From positions 1-64,000 of the forward strand of contig OZ223517.1 in NCBI GenBank assembly GCA_965140785.1: a stretch of 64,000 nt of DNA, read 5' to 3'. Position numbers and translations under genes: made by a program. Below are positions 60,457-64,000 of this stretch, in pieces. Each line of letters starts with the position of its first letter. The stretch's first letter is position 1. The notes beneath the pieces were generated by a model that saw only the letters and a list, made by a program, of their open reading frames with translations, was not told where the DNA came from and did no database searches. Origin of the DNA: an uncultured Ruficoccus sp. (lineage in GTDB: Bacteria; Verrucomicrobiota; Verrucomicrobiia; Opitutales; Cerasicoccaceae).

Positions 60457-61206
60457 TCAGTCCATCATATTCCACTGCTTTTTTTGCTCAGCGGTGAAGG
60501 CGTTGTTGTTCTGGGGGAGCGCATATACGCGCCGAAGCGAACGGTTGGCCGCCACCGTGTTCTCTTCACGGATAGCCACCGATTTGGGCTGAGAACTATC
60601 AACGAGCGATCCAGATTTCGCAGACTGACGACGAGCAGCATGTGCCAAGCGACGCAACTCAAGCGGCACCTCAATCCCACTACGAATCAGGACGGGAATA
60701 TACTCCGGAGCATTCAATGCGGCCTGAGCTTTAGCCGGAAGAGAGTTGAAGGGAGTTAGAGGACTTCCATCCGGTTTGACTTCCGGATAGTGGTAGCCCG
60801 GACCAGTCATCTCGATGTGATCTCCATCCGACCCCAAGAGTTTGAGGGTGTGTACTTGCCCATCGACATTCAGCTTAATGACATGGCTCTGTTCATCGTA
60901 ACCAGCTACCGTCCCTCCGAAGGAAGTCCGGTCCCCCACCTCCACCCAAGTCGATTTGCTGCTGGCAGCGTCATACAGGCTGAAGAACCAAGCGTCACCC
61001 ATGTTCATAACGCCTTTAAATTCAATGCCCTCCAAGGACTTAGTGGCAGGAGCGACAGCGGGTAGAACGTTCATGCTTTTTTGCTCATGGTAGCCCGACG
61101 GTAAAAACGGGGAGGCCTCAAGCAGCGAGGTCGCTGCCCCATGCGTCATCACAGCCAAACCAGCCGCGATCCCGCACATAAAGCCCCTCTGGAAGAAACT
61201 CGACAT
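60457..61206 (-). CDS. Hypothetical exported protein
   Basis: Signal-like N-terminus; SPFLP and FSLYD...STWV motifs; in operon context. Confidence 0.6.
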   Translation of the reverse strand: MSSFFQRGFMCGIAAGLAVMTHGAATSLLEASPFLPSGYHEQKSMNVLPAVAPATKSLEGIEFKGVMNMGDAWFFSLYDAASSKSTWVEVGDRTSFGGTVAGYDEQSHVIKLNVDGQVHTLKLLGSDGDHIEMTGPGYHYPEVKPDGSPLTPFNSLPAKAQAALNAPEYIPVLIRSGIEVPLELRRLAHAARRQSAKSGSLVDSSQPKSVAIREENTVAANRSLRRVYALPQNNNAFTAEQKKQWNMMD

Positions 61207-61231
61207 AGTAATAACTACGTAAGCGCGCTCA

Positions 61232-62626
61232 TTAACTGTTTTTCGCGGCCTTCTCGACGCGCTCCAAAAATTGCGCCACACGCTCGTCGTTCTTGTATTG
61301 GAGGGCCGTCCGAAGAAGGGGAATGGCCTCCTTAAACTTGCGCTCGCTGACCTTAATACGCGCCTGGCTCAATAAGGACTTGAATTCGAACCCATCGACC
61401 TTAGCCGCACTCTCGTATAAGAACATCGCCTTGGCCGTGTTGCCCGCTGACTGCTCATAGGAGGCCAGTTCCATGAGCGCCTCACCGTTGAGCGGATCAC
61501 GCTCGATAATGTGTGCGAAGGCCTCCTTCGCCTGCTCATCGTTGCCTTGCGCACGCGCAATGTGAGCCTTGAGCAAAAGCAATTCTACCTGATCCTCCTC
61601 GGTCAAATCCTGATAGCGATCTTCAAGGGTTCCTATCAGGGACGAAGCCTGCTCCCCCCGACCGGCCATGGTCAGGTACTTTGCGGTGCGCAGACCCGCA
61701 TCCTTGTATTGGCCCTTATTATCCTGGCTCAAAAGCTCCTCGTAGACCTCGACAGCCTTATCATAGATGCGAAGGCTCATATAAATATCGCCCAGCAGCT
61801 TCAGGCTGGCGGGTTTGAGTTCGCCGAGGCGGCGAACGACCTCTATATTGACCGCCGCCTCCCGCGGACGATCCATCCCCAACGCAGTATTAACCTGATA
61901 AAGCCACAGGTCGGCGTTGCTCGGATCGGCTTCAATGAGACTCTGAAAAAGAGTATTGGCCTCGGGATATTCTTCTTGACCAAGCAAAGCCTGAGCCAGT
62001 CCCAGCTTCCAGTCCTGAACCTCAGGCTCCTGAAGGATCGCCGCGCGGTAGGCTGATTCGGCCGCCACATAATCTTCGCTGTCCAGATAGCAATAGCCCA
62101 ACAGTCCGTAGCTGCGCCCGTCATAATCGCCTAATTCAATCGACCGGCTCAAATGCTCCGCACCGGCAGCAAGCTCCTGCTGCTGCATTTTGAGCAGGCC
62201 GAGATTTTTATGAGCACGGCGATAGTCCGGGAACTTCTCGACCGCCATGGCGTAGTACTTCTCGGCATTCTCCAAATCGCCGTCCTGAAAGTAGAGGTTG
62301 GCCAGGACAAAACACAAAGCAGCGCTACTGTCCTCGTCCATCTCCTCCTGCAGTTTCATCGCAGCGGCCTGAGGATCGACCTTGATCAGATCGACAAGAT
62401 CTCGGAACAATTCTACTTCATCATCGGTAACCTCTGGCTCGATCTGTGAATTAAAGCCATAGCTGCCCAGGAAGCGTTTAACGAAGGCCGGATTATCCCA
62501 AAATTGCTCGGCATAAACGTTGCCGGGTTCGATTCCGGGCTTCACGTCCTGTCCATAGGAAATGACCGCGGTCAGACTTCCAAGGGCCAGTGCCAGTACG
62601 ATGTTAAGCATCAGTTTATTGTTCAT
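61232..62626 (-). CDS. TPR-repeat periplasmic protein
   Basis: Signal peptide and repeated TPR helices (LANLYFQ, AHKNLGLL). Confidence 0.88.
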   Translation of the reverse strand: MNNKLMLNIVLALALGSLTAVISYGQDVKPGIEPGNVYAEQFWDNPAFVKRFLGSYGFNSQIEPEVTDDEVELFRDLVDLIKVDPQAAAMKLQEEMDEDSSAALCFVLANLYFQDGDLENAEKYYAMAVEKFPDYRRAHKNLGLLKMQQQELAAGAEHLSRSIELGDYDGRSYGLLGYCYLDSEDYVAAESAYRAAILQEPEVQDWKLGLAQALLGQEEYPEANTLFQSLIEADPSNADLWLYQVNTALGMDRPREAAVNIEVVRRLGELKPASLKLLGDIYMSLRIYDKAVEVYEELLSQDNKGQYKDAGLRTAKYLTMAGRGEQASSLIGTLEDRYQDLTEEDQVELLLLKAHIARAQGNDEQAKEAFAHIIERDPLNGEALMELASYEQSAGNTAKAMFLYESAAKVDGFEFKSLLSQARIKVSERKFKEAIPLLRTALQYKNDERVAQFLERVEKAAKNS

Positions 62627-63279
62627 TTTACGTTAAATGGGATGGGAATGCGCACGCGGGTGCGGACTTTCTCCCCGTTCTTGGTTCCAGGTTCGAATTT
62701 CCAGCGTTTAACCGCCTCCACGGCGGCATCGGCAAAGTCCTTATGCGTAGACTCGATCACCTCGATGTCTCGCACCTTTCCGTTTTCATCGACGATGAAC
62801 ATCAGCTTGACGAAGCCGCTGATCTTCTTGCGCATGAGCGCACGCGGATACTTCGGCATGGGCTGCGTGGTGGCGCGTGGCTGCTTGTCGAGGTCGTCGA
62901 GATCGAAGATAGACGAAATGTCCAGGTCGGCCTTCCCCAGGCCCATGCCCGGCAGGGCGAAGTCGCCCGCGAGATCGCCCCCCATACCGGGGTTAAGCGA
63001 GAGCTCAAGTTGTTCGAGCGAAAGCTCCGGGGTCTCTTCCATTTCCGGCGGCTCTTCCTCCTCCTCGGGGGGCGGCGGCTCTTCCTCTATCTGGAGCTCT
63101 TCGGGAGGCGTGAAGGCGATCTCCATCTGATCGACGCTGCCCTCCTCCGGCTTTTCGTCGGCGATGAACTGCGTGAGCGGCACCAGCAGGAAGACGATAA
63201 AGGTGAAGACCGCTCCCAGGATCAGCCCCAGAACGACGTGCCGGGCCTTGGTCTTCGTCGGATGATAAATATGCGTCAT
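62623..63279 (-). CDS. tonB: TonB energy transducer
   Basis: TM anchor, Pro/Glu-rich linker, PKYP and WKFEPG motifs. Confidence 0.9.
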   Translation of the reverse strand: MTHIYHPTKTKARHVVLGLILGAVFTFIVFLLVPLTQFIADEKPEEGSVDQMEIAFTPPEELQIEEEPPPPEEEEEPPEMEETPELSLEQLELSLNPGMGGDLAGDFALPGMGLGKADLDISSIFDLDDLDKQPRATTQPMPKYPRALMRKKISGFVKLMFIVDENGKVRDIEVIESTHKDFADAAVEAVKRWKFEPGTKNGEKVRTRVRIPIPFNVK

Positions 63280-63287
63280 GATCGGCC

Positions 63288-63692
63288 CTATTCCTTGAAC
63301 GCGGAGAAGTTGACCTCGCCGGCGCCGGCCAGTTTGGCCTCCGTGACGACGCGGTCGAAAACTTCCACGCTGGCGTGCTCGTCACACTGGATGTTGACGG
63401 GCACCGTGTTCTTCATGAGCGCCTGCTTGATGCGCGGGGCCACGCCCCCCACCCCGATCTCTTTGCCGCCGTAGATCACACGGTCGTCCGCGGTGATGGC
63501 GATCTGGATACTGTTTTTGTTCAGCTTGCGGTAGGTCGTTACGTCGGGCTTGTGCACGTCGGCTCCGGCCTCGTCCACAAAGACGGTCGTTACGATAAAG
63601 AAGATCAGCAGGATAAAGATACAGTCGATCATCGGAGACAGATTAATCTCCGCGACGGTGTCCTGCTCTTCGGTAATGCTTGCGCGTGGCAT
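63288..63692 (-). CDS. exbD: ExbD/TolR biopolymer transport protein
   Basis: EINLSPMIDCIFILLIFFIVTT motif. Confidence 0.92.
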   Translation of the reverse strand: MPRASITEEQDTVAEINLSPMIDCIFILLIFFIVTTVFVDEAGADVHKPDVTTYRKLNKNSIQIAITADDRVIYGGKEIGVGGVAPRIKQALMKNTVPVNIQCDEHASVEVFDRVVTEAKLAGAGEVNFSAFKE

Positions 63693-63702
63693 GGCTAGTA
63701 AA

Positions 63703-64000
63703 TCACTTGGGTACGTAGTGCACGTTCTGGGCTCCGGCGTTGACGACCTCGGCGTACACCTTGGCCAGCAAACCAAACTCCCCCTTCTTCTCGGCTTTGA
63801 CGCTCACGGGTACATCCTCGCCTACCATGAGCTGTTTGATCTTGGGGCCGACACCGTTGACGCCGATATCCTCGCCCTCGTACATGACCTTGCCATCCTC
63901 GGTCACGAGAAACTCGATCGTCTCGTTCTCATCCAGCGAGACAGAAGCAGCCGCCTGCGGCTTGTTCACATCGAGCCCGACCTCCTCGACGAAGACAGTC
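63703..64000 (-). CDS. exbD: Second ExbD/TolR protein (5' end outside the window)
   Basis: TVFVEEVGLDVNKPQAA; paralog of the neighbouring ExbD. Confidence 0.8.
   Translation of the reverse strand, partial: TVFVEEVGLDVNKPQAAASVSLDENETIEFLVTEDGKVMYEGEDIGVNGVGPKIKQLMVGEDVPVSVKAEKKGEFGLLAKVYAEVVNAGAQNVHYVPK

Overview
The window looks like a GC-rich chromosome segment from a verrucomicrobial (Opitutae/Puniceicoccales-like) bacterium. This is inferred from a PEP-CTERM protein, FTLIELL pilins and a PilX-like cassette gene. About 1.7-22.3 kb is an integrative, mobilizable island abutting the 3' end of tRNA-Thr(UGU). The island encodes a tyrosine integrase with a C-terminal HTH, ArdC flanked by strongly self-complementary DNA, a multi-domain McrBC system, a large serine recombinase, a MOB_P-type relaxase with MobC, a nested MbeD-like ORF and an oriT, and a primase-type Rep. 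It also carries an orphan operon of three (pseudo)pilins, a His/Cys peptidase-like membrane protein and two other membrane proteins; this is the best candidate for an undescribed system. The rest of the window holds typA, an rmlBA/MsbA-like/glycosyltransferase surface-glycan cluster, a HAD hydrolase, dciA, a MarR-GSMT-SDMT-BCCT glycine betaine operon, rpsO-pnp, surE, and an ExbD-ExbD-TonB-TPR-TBDR-secreted protein-PEP-CTERM locus with a PHO-box-like site. All calls come from motif recognition by eye; no database searches were run.
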